Source: an uncultured Gammaproteobacteria bacterium
GTDB lineage: Bacteria > Pseudomonadota > Gammaproteobacteria > UBA9214
Assembly: GCA_963748215.1 (NCBI GenBank)
Contig: CAVVHS010000003.1
Span: 128,001 to 192,000 of the forward strand
Length of the DNA stretch: 64,000 bases
Direction: 5' to 3'
The notes beneath the pieces are model-generated. The model did not search any database. It worked only from the letters and a program-made list of their open reading frames with translations, and was not told the origin of the DNA. Below are positions 48,696 through 59,023 of this stretch, in pieces. Both the position numbers and the translations under genes were made by a program. Each line of letters starts with the position of its first letter. Positions within the stretch are counted from its first letter, which is position 1.

Positions 48696-49334
48696 ATGAA
48701 ACTACGTATTGCAACCACGCTGCTGGCTACGCTCATCGCCACGTCCGCCCAGGCCTGGCAGGCCGGTGATATCCTGCTGCGCGCCGGTGCGGCCGGCGTG
48801 TACCCGACCGGTGATGGCACGGTTGTGTCGCCGAATGGCAATGTCGAGGCCGATGATGCCTGGAGCCTGGGCCTCACCGGGACCTGGATGGCCACCAATA
48901 ATATCGGCATCGGCTTGCTCGTTGCCTGGCCTTTCGATCATGACATCGAAGGTAGCGGGAGTCTTGCCGCTGTCGGCAAGGTGGGTGACACCAAGCACCT
49001 GCCGCCGACGGTGACCGTGCAGTACCACTTCGACACCGGATCCAAGCTGCATCCCTACGTCGGCGCCGGTATCAACTACACCTATTTCTTCGATGAAGGC
49101 ACGACGGGCGCCCTGGCGGGTGACTCACTCAATCTGGACAGTTCCTGGGGCCTGGCCGGAGAGCTCGGTGTCGACTATGAGCTGCAGAATGACTGGACGG
49201 TTGGTGCCCAGGTGTTCTATATCGACATCGATACCGATGCCACCATCAGCGGTACCAATAGCGGTTTGGCAGGAAAATACAGCGTCTCGATCGACCCATG
49301 GGTTTACATGTTCAGCGTCGGTAAGAAGTTCTGA
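48696..49334 (+). CDS. ompW: OmpW-family outer membrane protein
   Basis: HLPPTVTVQYHF, PYVGAGINYT, IDPWV, C-terminal F. Confidence 0.93.
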   Translation: MKLRIATTLLATLIATSAQAWQAGDILLRAGAAGVYPTGDGTVVSPNGNVEADDAWSLGLTGTWMATNNIGIGLLVAWPFDHDIEGSGSLAAVGKVGDTKHLPPTVTVQYHFDTGSKLHPYVGAGINYTYFFDEGTTGALAGDSLNLDSSWGLAGELGVDYELQNDWTVGAQVFYIDIDTDATISGTNSGLAGKYSVSIDPWVYMFSVGKKF

Positions 49335-49435
49335 TACCGGCTGGTTGATCCAGTCTGTGGTCTGAAGGATACTGGCGTCCCGATTGTGCGCGGCGAAAGC
49401 CGCGCACAATCAACAAAATACGGGGAGACTGACCA

Positions 49436-50035
49436 ATGCTGCAACATGTCTGGGGTTTGTTCGTCAATCCAAAGCGTGAATGGGAAGCCATTCGCACGGA
49501 TGAATGTACCATTGGCAAGTGTTACGCAATCCACGTCCTGATCCTTGCGGCCATTCCAGCCATTTCGGGGTTTATCGGTACCACCCAGTTCGGCTGGCAG
49601 ATCGGCGCCGGTGACCCGGTCAAGCTGACCACGCAGAGCGCAGCGATCATATCCATGCTCTATTATCTGGCCATGCTGGTCGGCGTGTACGCCATGGGCT
49701 ATATGATCTACTGGATGGGTAGCACCTACGGTGCGGAAGTGCCGTTATCGCAATGTGTGGTGCTGGCGGCCTACACGGCGACCCCGCTGTTTCTCATCGG
49801 CATCATGGAGCTGTACCCGGTGCTGTGGGTGAACCTGGTGGTCGGCATCGTGGCGCTGACCTATACCGTCTACCTGCTCTACACCGGCGTGCCCATCATG
49901 ATGGGGATTTCGGAAGACCGCGGTTTTCTGTTCTCCAGTGCAGTGCTCGCCGTTGGCCTGGTGGCCTTCGTTGCCCTGCTCGCCGTGACTGCCATTTTGT
50001 GGGGAATGGGGCTGGAGCCGCAGTTCACCAGCTGA
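49436..50035 (+). CDS. Yip1/YohC-family membrane protein
   Basis: HVWGL..P..EW, AYTATPLF, YLLYTGVPIMM. Confidence 0.9.
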   Translation: MLQHVWGLFVNPKREWEAIRTDECTIGKCYAIHVLILAAIPAISGFIGTTQFGWQIGAGDPVKLTTQSAAIISMLYYLAMLVGVYAMGYMIYWMGSTYGAEVPLSQCVVLAAYTATPLFLIGIMELYPVLWVNLVVGIVALTYTVYLLYTGVPIMMGISEDRGFLFSSAVLAVGLVAFVALLAVTAILWGMGLEPQFTS

Positions 50036-50114
50036 CATCAGGCCGACTTTCCGTCTGCGGGCGGGGCTGCGCGTTTTGTAACTGTTTTTACAATTCAGAA
50101 TCAGGGAGGTCGGC

Positions 50115-51542
50115 ATGACCGATCAGCAAACGTATAACTATACGGTGGTCAGGCAGTTCGCCATCATGACCATTATCTGGGGTATCGTCGGCATGGCGGT
50201 GGGCGTTTTGATCGCAGCCCAGCTGGCGTGGCCGGTGCTCAACTTCGACATACCCTGGCTGACCTTCGGCCGCCTGCGCCCGCTGCATACCAATGCGGTG
50301 ATCTTCGCATTCGGCGGCTCCGCACTGTTTGCGACCTCCTATTATGTGGTGCAGCGCACCTGCCACGTGCGGCTGATCAGTGACAAACTGGCGGCCTTCA
50401 CCTTCTGGGGCTGGCAGCTGATCATTCTTTCTGCTGCCATCACGCTGCCGCTCGGTATCACGAGCAGCAAGGAATACGCCGAGCTGGAATGGCCGATCGA
50501 TATCCTGATCGCGGTGGTATGGGTAAGCTATGCCATCGTGTTCTTCGGCACCATCATGAAACGCCGCGTGCAGCATATCTATGTCGCGAACTGGTTCTAT
50601 GGCGCATTTATCCTCACCGTCGCGATCCTGCATATCTTCAACAGTGCCGCCGTACCGGTCTCCCTGCTGAAATCCTACTCCGCCTATGCCGGCGTGCAGG
50701 ATGCCATGATCCAGTGGTGGTACGGCCATAACGCGGTGGGTTTCTTCCTGACGGCCGGCTTCCTGGGCATGATGTACTACTTCGTCCCCAAGCAGGCGGG
50801 ACGCCCGGTGTACTCCTACCGCCTGTCGGTGGTGCACTTCTGGGCGCTGATCTTCACCTATATCTGGGCCGGCCCGCACCATCTGCACTACACGGCACTG
50901 CCGGACTGGGCGCAGTCGCTCGGTATGGTGATGTCGCTGATCCTGCTGGCGCCGAGCTGGGGCGGCATGATCAACGGCATCATGACGCTGTCCGGCGCCT
51001 GGGAGAAGCTGCGTACCGACCCGGTGCTGCGCCTGCTGATTGTGTCGATCTCGTTCTACGGCATGTCCACCTTCGAGGGACCGATGATGTCCATCAAGAC
51101 GGTGAACGCGCTGTCGCATTTCACCGACTGGACCATCGGCCACGTGCATTCCGGTGCGCTGGGCTGGGTGGCGCTGATTTCCCTTGGCAGCCTGTACTAC
51201 CTGATTCCGCGCCTGTTCAATCGCGAGCTGTACAGCCTGAAACTGGTGGAGGTGCATTTCTGGACCTCGACCATCGGTATCGTGCTGTACATCGCTTCCA
51301 TGTGGGTGGCCGGCATCATGCAGGGCCTGATGTGGCGTGCGACCAACCTGGACGGCACGCTGACCTACAGCTTTGTTGAATCGGTACAGGCCATGCATCC
51401 GTACTACATCGTGCGTTTCCTGGGCGGTGCCTTCTTCCTGTTCGGCACCCTGGTGATGGCCTGGAATGTCTGGAAGACCATTGCAGGCGCCAAGCCGGCC
51501 GTCGGCACCATCCCGGCACCGGCCGCGGCTGCGGCTCATTAA
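50115..51542 (+). CDS. ccoN: cbb3-type cytochrome c oxidase subunit I
   Basis: [38 protein letters not shown]. Confidence 0.98.
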   Translation: MTDQQTYNYTVVRQFAIMTIIWGIVGMAVGVLIAAQLAWPVLNFDIPWLTFGRLRPLHTNAVIFAFGGSALFATSYYVVQRTCHVRLISDKLAAFTFWGWQLIILSAAITLPLGITSSKEYAELEWPIDILIAVVWVSYAIVFFGTIMKRRVQHIYVANWFYGAFILTVAILHIFNSAAVPVSLLKSYSAYAGVQDAMIQWWYGHNAVGFFLTAGFLGMMYYFVPKQAGRPVYSYRLSVVHFWALIFTYIWAGPHHLHYTALPDWAQSLGMVMSLILLAPSWGGMINGIMTLSGAWEKLRTDPVLRLLIVSISFYGMSTFEGPMMSIKTVNALSHFTDWTIGHVHSGALGWVALISLGSLYYLIPRLFNRELYSLKLVEVHFWTSTIGIVLYIASMWVAGIMQGLMWRATNLDGTLTYSFVESVQAMHPYYIVRFLGGAFFLFGTLVMAWNVWKTIAGAKPAVGTIPAPAAAAAH

Positions 51543-51552
51543 GGAGACGATC

Positions 51553-52167
51553 ATGGCGACAGGACACGACAAGATTGAAAAAAATATCGGCCTGATGATC
51601 ATCCTGATCATCCTGGTGGTCTCCGTTGGCGGACTGGTGCAGATCGTGCCACTGTTCTTCCAGCATTCCACCACCCAGGCGGTCGCCGGGCTGGAGCCCT
51701 ACACGCCGCTGCGGCTGGCGGGGCGCGATGTCTATGTGCGGGAAGGCTGCTATCTGTGCCATTCACAAATGATCCGGCCGTTCCGTGCCGAGACGGAACG
51801 CTACGGGCATTATTCCGTCGCCGGAGAGTATGTCTACGACCGGCCGTTCCAGTGGGGTTCCAAGCGTACCGGTCCCGATCTGCACCGGGTAGGTGGCCGC
51901 TACAGTGACGAGTGGCACCGCGTGCATCTGGTCAATCCGCGTGACGTCGTGCCCGAGTCGATCATGCCGGGTTACCCGTGGCTGGAAAAGAATGCAGCCG
52001 ATGCCTCGGCTATCAAGAAGAAAATGGAAGTACTGCGTATGCTGGGTGCTCCGTACACGGATGCAGAGATCGAGAGCGCGCCGCAGGCCCTCGAAGGCAA
52101 GACCGAGATGGACGCCATGATTGCCTACCTGCAAGGGCTGGGTACGGCGATCAAGACCCGGAGATAA
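51553..52167 (+). CDS. ccoO: cbb3 oxidase subunit II
   Basis: [23 protein letters not shown]. Confidence 0.97.
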   Translation: MATGHDKIEKNIGLMIILIILVVSVGGLVQIVPLFFQHSTTQAVAGLEPYTPLRLAGRDVYVREGCYLCHSQMIRPFRAETERYGHYSVAGEYVYDRPFQWGSKRTGPDLHRVGGRYSDEWHRVHLVNPRDVVPESIMPGYPWLEKNAADASAIKKKMEVLRMLGAPYTDAEIESAPQALEGKTEMDAMIAYLQGLGTAIKTRR

Positions 52168-52172
52168 TTTTC

Positions 52173-52358
52173 ATGAGTCAAACGCTGATACAGGAAATCT
52201 GGACGGTGGTCGTACTGGTAGTGTTCGTCGGGATCGTCATCTGGGCCTGGAGCGGCAAGCGCAAGCAGCGCTTTGAAGAAGCGGCGAATATCCCGTTCGA
52301 GGACGATGACGAGATGGTGCCGGCAGATAAACATTCCAAGGAGAATCCCCATGGCTGA
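52173..52358 (+). CDS. ccoQ: cbb3 oxidase subunit CcoQ
   Basis: FVGIVIWAWS..RKQRFEEAANIPF. Confidence 0.92.
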   Translation: MSQTLIQEIWTVVVLVVFVGIVIWAWSGKRKQRFEEAANIPFEDDDEMVPADKHSKENPHG

Positions 52359-53271
52359 TTTCACCAGCAGCTTCTGGAACTGGTACATCATCATCCCGAC
52401 CGTTGCCGGAATCATCGCGTGTTTTATGATCATCCGCTGGCTGTCTACCGACATACGCCCGGAAGAGCAGGGCAAGGAGATGGGGCATGTCTGGGATGAA
52501 ACACTGGTCGAGCTGAACAATCCGCTGCCGCGCTGGTGGCTGAACATGTTCTACCTCACGCTGTTCTTCGGTATCGGCTATCTGGCGCTGTATCCCGGCC
52601 TGGGTACGTTCAAGGGCCTGCTGGGCTGGACTTCGCTGGGGCAGTACCAGCGCGAGATCGACCTGGCCGACGCCCAGTACGGGCCGCTGTTCGAGAAATA
52701 CGCCGGCATGGACCTGGTCGCAGTGGCCGCTGATCCCGAGGCGCGCCGCATGGGTGAGCGCATGTTCGTGAACTACTGTGCGACCTGTCATGGCTCCGAT
52801 GCGCGCGGCGCACGCGGCTTCCCGAACCTGCGCGACAATGACTGGCTGTATGGCGGTACGCCGGATGCCATTCAGACTTCCATTCTCAATGGCCGTAACG
52901 GTGTCATGCCGGCCTGGGAGCAGGCGCTGGGTGGCCCGGAAGGTGTTGCAGACATGACTGAATATGTCTTCAGCCTGGGCGGCCGCGATGCGGATCCGGC
53001 TGCCGTGAGTCGTGGCCAGGAAAAATTCCAGCAGCTGTGCGTGGCCTGTCATGGCATGGATGGCACGGGTAACCAGGCGCTGGGTGCGCCGAACCTGACG
53101 GACAATATCTGGCTGTATGGTGGTTCCCGGGCCGCTGTGATGGAATCGCTTACCCTGGGTCGCAACGGCCAGATGCCGGCGCATCTCGAGTTCCTGGGCA
53201 AGGAGAAGTCACACCTGCTGGCAGCCTACGTCTACAGTCTGTCGACCGGGCAGGCCGCCGAAAAGGAATAA
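52351..53271 (+). CDS. ccoP: cbb3 oxidase subunit III
   Basis: GHVWDE..ELNNPLPRWW; CATCH and CVACH heme motifs. Confidence 0.97.
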   Translation: MADFTSSFWNWYIIIPTVAGIIACFMIIRWLSTDIRPEEQGKEMGHVWDETLVELNNPLPRWWLNMFYLTLFFGIGYLALYPGLGTFKGLLGWTSLGQYQREIDLADAQYGPLFEKYAGMDLVAVAADPEARRMGERMFVNYCATCHGSDARGARGFPNLRDNDWLYGGTPDAIQTSILNGRNGVMPAWEQALGGPEGVADMTEYVFSLGGRDADPAAVSRGQEKFQQLCVACHGMDGTGNQALGAPNLTDNIWLYGGSRAAVMESLTLGRNGQMPAHLEFLGKEKSHLLAAYVYSLSTGQAAEKE

Positions 53272-53300
53272 CCGCCCGGACAGAGTGGCGATCGACGGTT

Positions 53301-53576
53301 ATGGCACAGGAAAAGGAAATACCCAGGACTCAAAAGTGTATTGCCGTGCTGTGGCCGTCGTTCCTCGTTGCCATCGTGGCTACGGGATTGTTCTTCTCCG
53401 CATTTGATCCGGCGGACCTGTATCCGTTTGGTGAAGATACGGATGTCAGCCGTCTCGGTATCTATTCCATCGGTTTTCTGTTCTTCTGGCTTATCTCGAC
53501 GATCTCCGGTATCGGTACGCTGTATTTCGCCATCACCAACTGCATGCGACAAGACCCGGAAAACCGGGGCCGGTAG
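53301..53576 (+). CDS. Small membrane protein of cco cluster
   Basis: VLWPSFLVA..FFSAFDP, two TMs, between ccoP and ccoG. Confidence 0.8.
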   Translation: MAQEKEIPRTQKCIAVLWPSFLVAIVATGLFFSAFDPADLYPFGEDTDVSRLGIYSIGFLFFWLISTISGIGTLYFAITNCMRQDPENRGR

Positions 53577-53585
53577 TCTGAACTC

Positions 53586-55001
53586 ATGGCGGCGGCCGAT
53601 CAGAAAACGCCTGTAGCGACGGGTAATGCCGACGAGCAGGTTGAAAAATCCCTCTACGCCAAGGCGGCGAAGATCTATCCGCGCGAGGTGCACGGGCTGT
53701 TCGCGCGCCTGCGTGTGCTGGGTGTGCTCAGCCTGCTGGGTATTTACTACATCACCCCCTGGCTGCGCTGGGACGGTCAGCAGGCGTTGCTGCTGGATCT
53801 GCCGGCACGCAAATTCCACATTTTTTTCATCACCTTGTGGCCCCAGGATTTCATCTACCTCGCCGCGTTGCTGATCATTTCCGGCCTGTTGCTGTTCTTC
53901 GTGACCGCCATCGCCGGGCGTGTCTGGTGCGGATATGCCTGTCCCCAAACGGTGTGGACCGAGGCGTTTTTATGGATAGAGCGCAAGGTCGAGGGCGACC
54001 GTGGCAGGCAGCAGAAGCTCGACGCCAGGCCGATGGATGTACGCAAGTTCCGCCTCAAGGCAACCAAGCAGTTCCTGTGGCTGGCCTTCGCAGGCTGGAC
54101 CGGCTTTACCTTCGTCGGCTATTTCACGCCGATCATCGAACTCGGCCAGCGCCTGGTGTCATTCGAACTCGGTCCGTGGGAAACCTTCTGGGTCATTTTC
54201 TACGGCTTTGCCACCTACGGTAATGCCGGATTCATGCGCGAGCAGGTCTGCAAGTACATGTGTCCGTATGCCCGCTTCCAGAGCGCCATGTTCGACAGGG
54301 ACACCCTGATCGTCTCCTACATCCCCGAACGCGGCGAGCCGCGCGGTTCACGCAAGCGCAGCGCGGATCCCAGGGCGTTGAACCTGGGCGACTGTATCGA
54401 CTGTACCCTGTGCGTACAGGTATGTCCGACCGGCATCGACATCCGCAATGGCCTGCAATACGAGTGTATTGCCTGCTCGGCGTGTATCGATGCCTGCGAT
54501 GACGTGATGGAAAAAATGGGCTATGAGAAAGGGCTCATCAAGTACACTACGGAAAATGCCATGCATGGCAAGCCCTCGCATATCCTGCGTCCGCGCATCG
54601 TTATCTATGCGCTGATCATGCTTGGCATCATGGTACTGTTCGCCTGGACATTCAGCCAGCGCGTGTCGCTGGGGCTGGATGTCATCCGCGATCGCAACCA
54701 GCTTTACCGCGAAACCAGCACCGGCCTGATCGAAAACGTCTATATTCTGAAGGTCCTCAATATGGATGACACCGCGCACCGCTATACGCTGACTGTCAGC
54801 GGCGTGCCGGGGCTGGAGCTGCGCATGGATCTGCCGGAAATACGTGTTGAATCGGGCGATGTACTGGAGTTGCCGGTGCGCCTGCAAGTCGACGAGGCCG
54901 AGCTCAAGATGCGCAGCAGCGAGATCGAGTTCACGCTGGTGGCGGACGATGCGCCGGCACTGTCGGCAACGGAATCCGCGCGTTTCCTCGGACCGCGCTA
55001 G
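53586..55001 (+). CDS. ccoG: cbb3 accessory protein CcoG/FixG
   Basis: GRVWCGYACPQT, CIDCTLCVQVCPTGIDIR, CIACSACIDAC. Confidence 0.96.
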   Translation: MAAADQKTPVATGNADEQVEKSLYAKAAKIYPREVHGLFARLRVLGVLSLLGIYYITPWLRWDGQQALLLDLPARKFHIFFITLWPQDFIYLAALLIISGLLLFFVTAIAGRVWCGYACPQTVWTEAFLWIERKVEGDRGRQQKLDARPMDVRKFRLKATKQFLWLAFAGWTGFTFVGYFTPIIELGQRLVSFELGPWETFWVIFYGFATYGNAGFMREQVCKYMCPYARFQSAMFDRDTLIVSYIPERGEPRGSRKRSADPRALNLGDCIDCTLCVQVCPTGIDIRNGLQYECIACSACIDACDDVMEKMGYEKGLIKYTTENAMHGKPSHILRPRIVIYALIMLGIMVLFAWTFSQRVSLGLDVIRDRNQLYRETSTGLIENVYILKVLNMDDTAHRYTLTVSGVPGLELRMDLPEIRVESGDVLELPVRLQVDEAELKMRSSEIEFTLVADDAPALSATESARFLGPR

Positions 55002-55003
55002 GC

Positions 55004-55507
55004 ATGCATGCAATGGCAGGAAAGCAGCCCAAGCGCTGGTACAAGGAACCCTGGGTGTGGCTGGTGATCGCGTTGCCGATGACGGCCGTGATCGCTGGCA
55101 TGTTCACGCTCTACCTTGCTGTCAGCACCAGTGACGGGCTGGTGGTGGACGATTATTACAAACGTGGCAAGGCCATCAACCTCGATCTGGCACGCGACGA
55201 TGCGGCGGCCCGTTATAAACTGAATGCCAGTCTCGTCCTGTATCAGGGTAATGCCGTACAGCTGCAACTCAGCGCGATCAACGGCGGCTGGCCGGAGACT
55301 GTCAGATTGTCGCTGCTGCATCCGACCCGTGCCGGCTTTGACCAGGTCGTCCAGTTACGCCATACGGGCACCGGTAATTACCAGGGCAAGATCGTGGCGC
55401 TCGGCAAGGGGCACTGGTATGTGCAGCTGGAGGCCGATGACTGGCGCCTGTCCGGCACGCTGCAGCAGCCGCAGACCGCGCCGTTGCTGCTTGGGCCGGT
55501 TCAATAG
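55004..55507 (+). CDS. ccoH: CcoH/FixH family protein
   Basis: WYKEPWVW, DGLVVDDYYKRGKAIN, HPT. Confidence 0.92.
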   Translation: MHAMAGKQPKRWYKEPWVWLVIALPMTAVIAGMFTLYLAVSTSDGLVVDDYYKRGKAINLDLARDDAAARYKLNASLVLYQGNAVQLQLSAINGGWPETVRLSLLHPTRAGFDQVVQLRHTGTGNYQGKIVALGKGHWYVQLEADDWRLSGTLQQPQTAPLLLGPVQ

Positions 55508-55718
55508 ACGCGCCTGCATCGCGTCCCGCCAGCGGAACATGACGGCCCTTGATTGCGTTTTTCGCGCCCGGCGGGCGCTGCGATAATATGACTCGCCGGT
55601 CCTGCTCGACACGGGTGTCCAGGCTGCTCACAATGTCCACCTGCCGGTTCATATCCATCCGCTGGCAGTGCAGTATGCCCGGATACGAAACTGGCTTGCT
55701 TGACCCTGGCGCATCACC

Positions 55719-56456
55719 ATGAACCTCGAAACCCTAGGCGCTGCCGGCCTTGTCGGCCTGCTCGGCGGAACGCACTGTATCGGCATGTGCGGCGGCATTG
55801 TCGGTGCCCTGACCTCCGGGCTGTCCGACGACATGCGTCATTCCCGTTCCCGCCTGGTCGCGGCCCAGCTGGCCTACAATACGGGCCGCATCGCCAGTTA
55901 CGGCATGGCCGGCCTGCTGGCCGGCCTGCTGGGCCAGCAGGCCACGACAATGGGATTGACCGGGGGCTTTCCGGTCGGCGGGATCATTGCCGCCACCATC
56001 ATGATTCTGCTGGGACTCTACCTGGGTGGCTGGTGGCAGGCGTTGCAATGGCTGGAACGGGCGGGTGCGCACGTGTGGCGCCATATCGAGCCGCTGGGAA
56101 GGCGTTTTATTCCGGTGCGTCATGCCGGACAGGCGCTGTTGCTGGGGCTGGTCTGGGGCTGGCTGCCCTGCGGCATGGTGTACTCGGTACTGGCGCTGGC
56201 GCTGGCCAGCGGTTCGGGTCCGGAAGGCGGCGCGATCATGCTGGTATTCGGTGTCGGCACCTTGCCGACCATGCTGGTGATGGGGGTCGCATTCGGCTCG
56301 TTGGGGCGCTGGGTGCGGGATGCGCGGGTGCGCAAGGCAGCCGGTATCCTGGTGATCCTGATGGGGGTCGCCATGCTGCTTGCTATTCCCGCGAAGCATG
56401 GGCATCATGCGCACCCCCCCGCTGAACAGCAGGGGCAGCACGAACACCCCCCCTGA
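55719..56456 (+). CDS. DsbD_2/TauE-SafE-like membrane protein of cco clusters
   Basis: HCIGMCGG, YNTGRI, WGWLPCGMVY, FGVGTLP. Confidence 0.9.
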   Translation: MNLETLGAAGLVGLLGGTHCIGMCGGIVGALTSGLSDDMRHSRSRLVAAQLAYNTGRIASYGMAGLLAGLLGQQATTMGLTGGFPVGGIIAATIMILLGLYLGGWWQALQWLERAGAHVWRHIEPLGRRFIPVRHAGQALLLGLVWGWLPCGMVYSVLALALASGSGPEGGAIMLVFGVGTLPTMLVMGVAFGSLGRWVRDARVRKAAGILVILMGVAMLLAIPAKHGHHAHPPAEQQGQHEHPP

Positions 56457-56530
56457 CCTGTCAGGCCCCTGTTTTGTAGACAAAAGTCTAGCTGCAGGTG
56501 TGATTCCGGTAGTATCCGTGAATATTAGAA

Positions 56531-56546
56531 ACACAATATATTGTGT
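56531..56546. promoter_or_regulatory. NrdR box 1
   Basis: ACACAATATATTGTGT perfect palindrome matching NrdR consensus. Confidence 0.85.
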
Positions 56547-56649
56547 TTGGCTGTTATTGCATTCCTGCCTTGGCGACGCCTTTCCGACGCCTCGAAAATA
56601 TCGATAACTATCTGTATTTATTATATTTATAGGCCCATATAAAATGCCC

Positions 56650-56678
56650 TTGACAGGGCGTCCCGGGCTGAATAATCT
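56650..56678 (+). promoter_or_regulatory. sigma70 promoter of nrdJ
   Basis: TTGACA-17-TAATCT. Confidence 0.65.
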
Positions 56679-56689
56679 CCTTCCTCTCG

Positions 56690-56705
56690 ACACAATATGT
56701 TGTGT
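56690..56705. promoter_or_regulatory. NrdR box 2
   Basis: ACACAATATGTTGTGT just downstream of the promoter. Confidence 0.85.
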
Positions 56706-56807
56706 TGGTCTGAACCAGACCCCCGGCTCCGGTATATCCCGACAGCAAGGCGGCAAAAACACATTCCTGTACAAGAATGTAACAATAGAAGGAGGACGAC
56801 AGGACAC

Positions 56808-58961
56808 ATGACCACGATGGCACATCTCGAAGCAGTCCCGACCAGCGTCACTGAGATTCCAATGCAGCCGGCATCGCAGGATATCTGGGAAAAGAAATAT
56901 CGCCTGAAGGCCAAGGATGGCACGCCGGTCGATGAGACCATCGATGACACCTATCAGCGTGTCGCACGGGCCCTGGCCGACGTCGAGGCTACGCCGGAGG
57001 CACGCGAGTCCTGGTACCGTGAATTCCTCTGGGCACTGCGGCATGGTGCGATCCCCGCCGGACGCATCACCTCCAATGCCGGCGCGCAGGAGCACAAGCC
57101 GGCCACCTCGACCATCAATTGCACCGTGTCCGGCATTGTGCAGGATTCCATGAACAACATCCTGGAGAAGGTGCACGAGGCCGGCCTGACCCTGAAGGCC
57201 GGTTGTGGCATCGGCTACGAATTCTCCACCCTGCGTCCGCGGGGCGCCTACGTGTCCGGGGCCGGCGCGTACACCTCCGGCCCGCTGTCGTTCATGGATA
57301 TCTACGACAAGATGTGCTTTACCGTGTCCTCGGCCGGCGGCCGCCGCGGTGCCCAGATGGCTACCTTCGATGTCGGCCATCCGGATGTCATGGATTTTAT
57401 CCGCGCCAAGCGCGAGGACGGCCGGCTGCGCCAGTTCAACCTGTCGTTGCTGATCACCACCGAGTTCATGGATGCGGTCCAGAACGATGCGGAGTGGAAG
57501 CTGGCGTTTCCGATCAGCCGCCAGGAGCAGGAAGAGGGGATCGACCTGAACAACCCGGAGCAGGTTATCTGGCGTGAGTGGCCGTACAAGGGGGATTACA
57601 TCACCAATAACGCCGGACTGGTGGCCTGCAAGGTATACAAGTCCGTACCGGCGCTGCGCCTGTGGGACATGATCATGAGCTCCACCTATGACTTTGCCGA
57701 ACCCGGTTTCATCCTGATCGACAAGGTCAACGAGATGAACAACAACTGGTTCTGCGAAAATATCCGCGCCACCAATCCCTGCGGCGAGCAGCCGCTGCCG
57801 CCCTATGGTTCCTGCCTGCTGGGCTCGATCAACCTGACCAAGTTCGTGCGCAAGCCGTTTGGCAAGCGTGCCGAGTTCGACTGGAAGGAATTTCGCAAGG
57901 TGGTCGCGATTTTTACCCGCATGCTCGACAACGTGGTCGAGATCAACGGCCTGCCGCTGGATGGCCAGCGCGACGAGATCCATCGCAAGCGCCGTCACGG
58001 CATGGGATTTCTCGGTCTCGGCTCCACCGTCACCATGCTGCGCATGAAATACGGCGAGTCGGATTCAGTGGAATTTACCGAACGTGTCAGTCGCGAACTG
58101 GCCCTGACCGGCTGGCAGGTGGCGCTGGACCTCGCGAAGGAGAAGGGCCCGGCACCGATTATGGACGAAGACTTCACGGTAACCGAGGAAATGCTGCGCA
58201 AGCGTCCGGAGATGCGTCGCGACGGTTACCTGCCCGGCGACACCGTCAAGGGCAAGGTGCTGCATGCGCGCTACAGCCGCTACATGCAGCGCGTCGCGAG
58301 CGTCGATCCGGCGCTGGTGGAACAGCTTGCCGAATCCGGTGCGCGCTTTACGCATCACAGCTCGATCGCGCCGACCGGCACGATTTCGCTGTCGCTGGCC
58401 AACAACGCCAGCAACGGTATCGAGCCGAGTTTTGCGCATCATTATTTTCGCAACGTGATCCGCGAAGGACGCAAGACCAAGGAAAAGATAGACGTTTTCT
58501 CTTTCGAGCTGCTTGCCTATCGCGAGCTGGTGAATCCGAACGCCAATGCCAGCATGGAAGGCGAGAGCGATGCGTTGCCGGACTATTTCATTGCCGCGGA
58601 CGAGGTTACGCCGAATCAGCACGTCGACATCCAGGCGGCCGCACAAAAATGGGTGGATTCCTCGATTTCCAAGACCGCGAACGTGCCGACGGATTATCGG
58701 TTCGAGGACTTCAAGGATATCTACCTCTATGCCTACAAGCAGGGCCTGAAGGGCTGCACGACCTTCCGTTTCAATCCGGAAGCTTTCCAGGGTGTGCTGG
58801 TAAAGGGCAAGGACCTGGAAAACACTGTCTATGAATTTACCCTGGAGGACGGCAGCAAGGTCAGTCTCAAGGGTAACGATGAGGTCGAATATGACGGTGA
58901 GACCCATACCGCCGCGAACCTGTACGATGCATTGAAAGAAGGCTATTACGGCAAGTTCTAG
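56808..58961 (+). CDS. nrdJa: Adenosylcobalamin-dependent ribonucleotide reductase, NrdJa
   Basis: PAGRI, STINC, RRGAQM, ATNPCGEQ, IAPTGTIS, KGCTTFR. Confidence 0.96.
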   Translation: MTTMAHLEAVPTSVTEIPMQPASQDIWEKKYRLKAKDGTPVDETIDDTYQRVARALADVEATPEARESWYREFLWALRHGAIPAGRITSNAGAQEHKPATSTINCTVSGIVQDSMNNILEKVHEAGLTLKAGCGIGYEFSTLRPRGAYVSGAGAYTSGPLSFMDIYDKMCFTVSSAGGRRGAQMATFDVGHPDVMDFIRAKREDGRLRQFNLSLLITTEFMDAVQNDAEWKLAFPISRQEQEEGIDLNNPEQVIWREWPYKGDYITNNAGLVACKVYKSVPALRLWDMIMSSTYDFAEPGFILIDKVNEMNNNWFCENIRATNPCGEQPLPPYGSCLLGSINLTKFVRKPFGKRAEFDWKEFRKVVAIFTRMLDNVVEINGLPLDGQRDEIHRKRRHGMGFLGLGSTVTMLRMKYGESDSVEFTERVSRELALTGWQVALDLAKEKGPAPIMDEDFTVTEEMLRKRPEMRRDGYLPGDTVKGKVLHARYSRYMQRVASVDPALVEQLAESGARFTHHSSIAPTGTISLSLANNASNGIEPSFAHHYFRNVIREGRKTKEKIDVFSFELLAYRELVNPNANASMEGESDALPDYFIAADEVTPNQHVDIQAAAQKWVDSSISKTANVPTDYRFEDFKDIYLYAYKQGLKGCTTFRFNPEAFQGVLVKGKDLENTVYEFTLEDGSKVSLKGNDEVEYDGETHTAANLYDALKEGYYGKF

Positions 58962-59023
58962 CGAATTACTGCATCATGATTTGCGTGTCGATCCGGTAAT
59001 CAGAGATTTTTCAGGAGTACAGA

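Noticed and set aside
56460-56800. Cobalamin riboswitch upstream of nrdJ
   Set aside because: No B12-box or core motifs seen; region is explained by the promoter and NrdR boxes.
55734-57998. 754-aa minus-strand ORF and similar long shadows (50088-51674, 46285-47700, 22590-23630)
   Set aside because: They overlap well-supported genes in antisense or alternate frames and carry no motifs.
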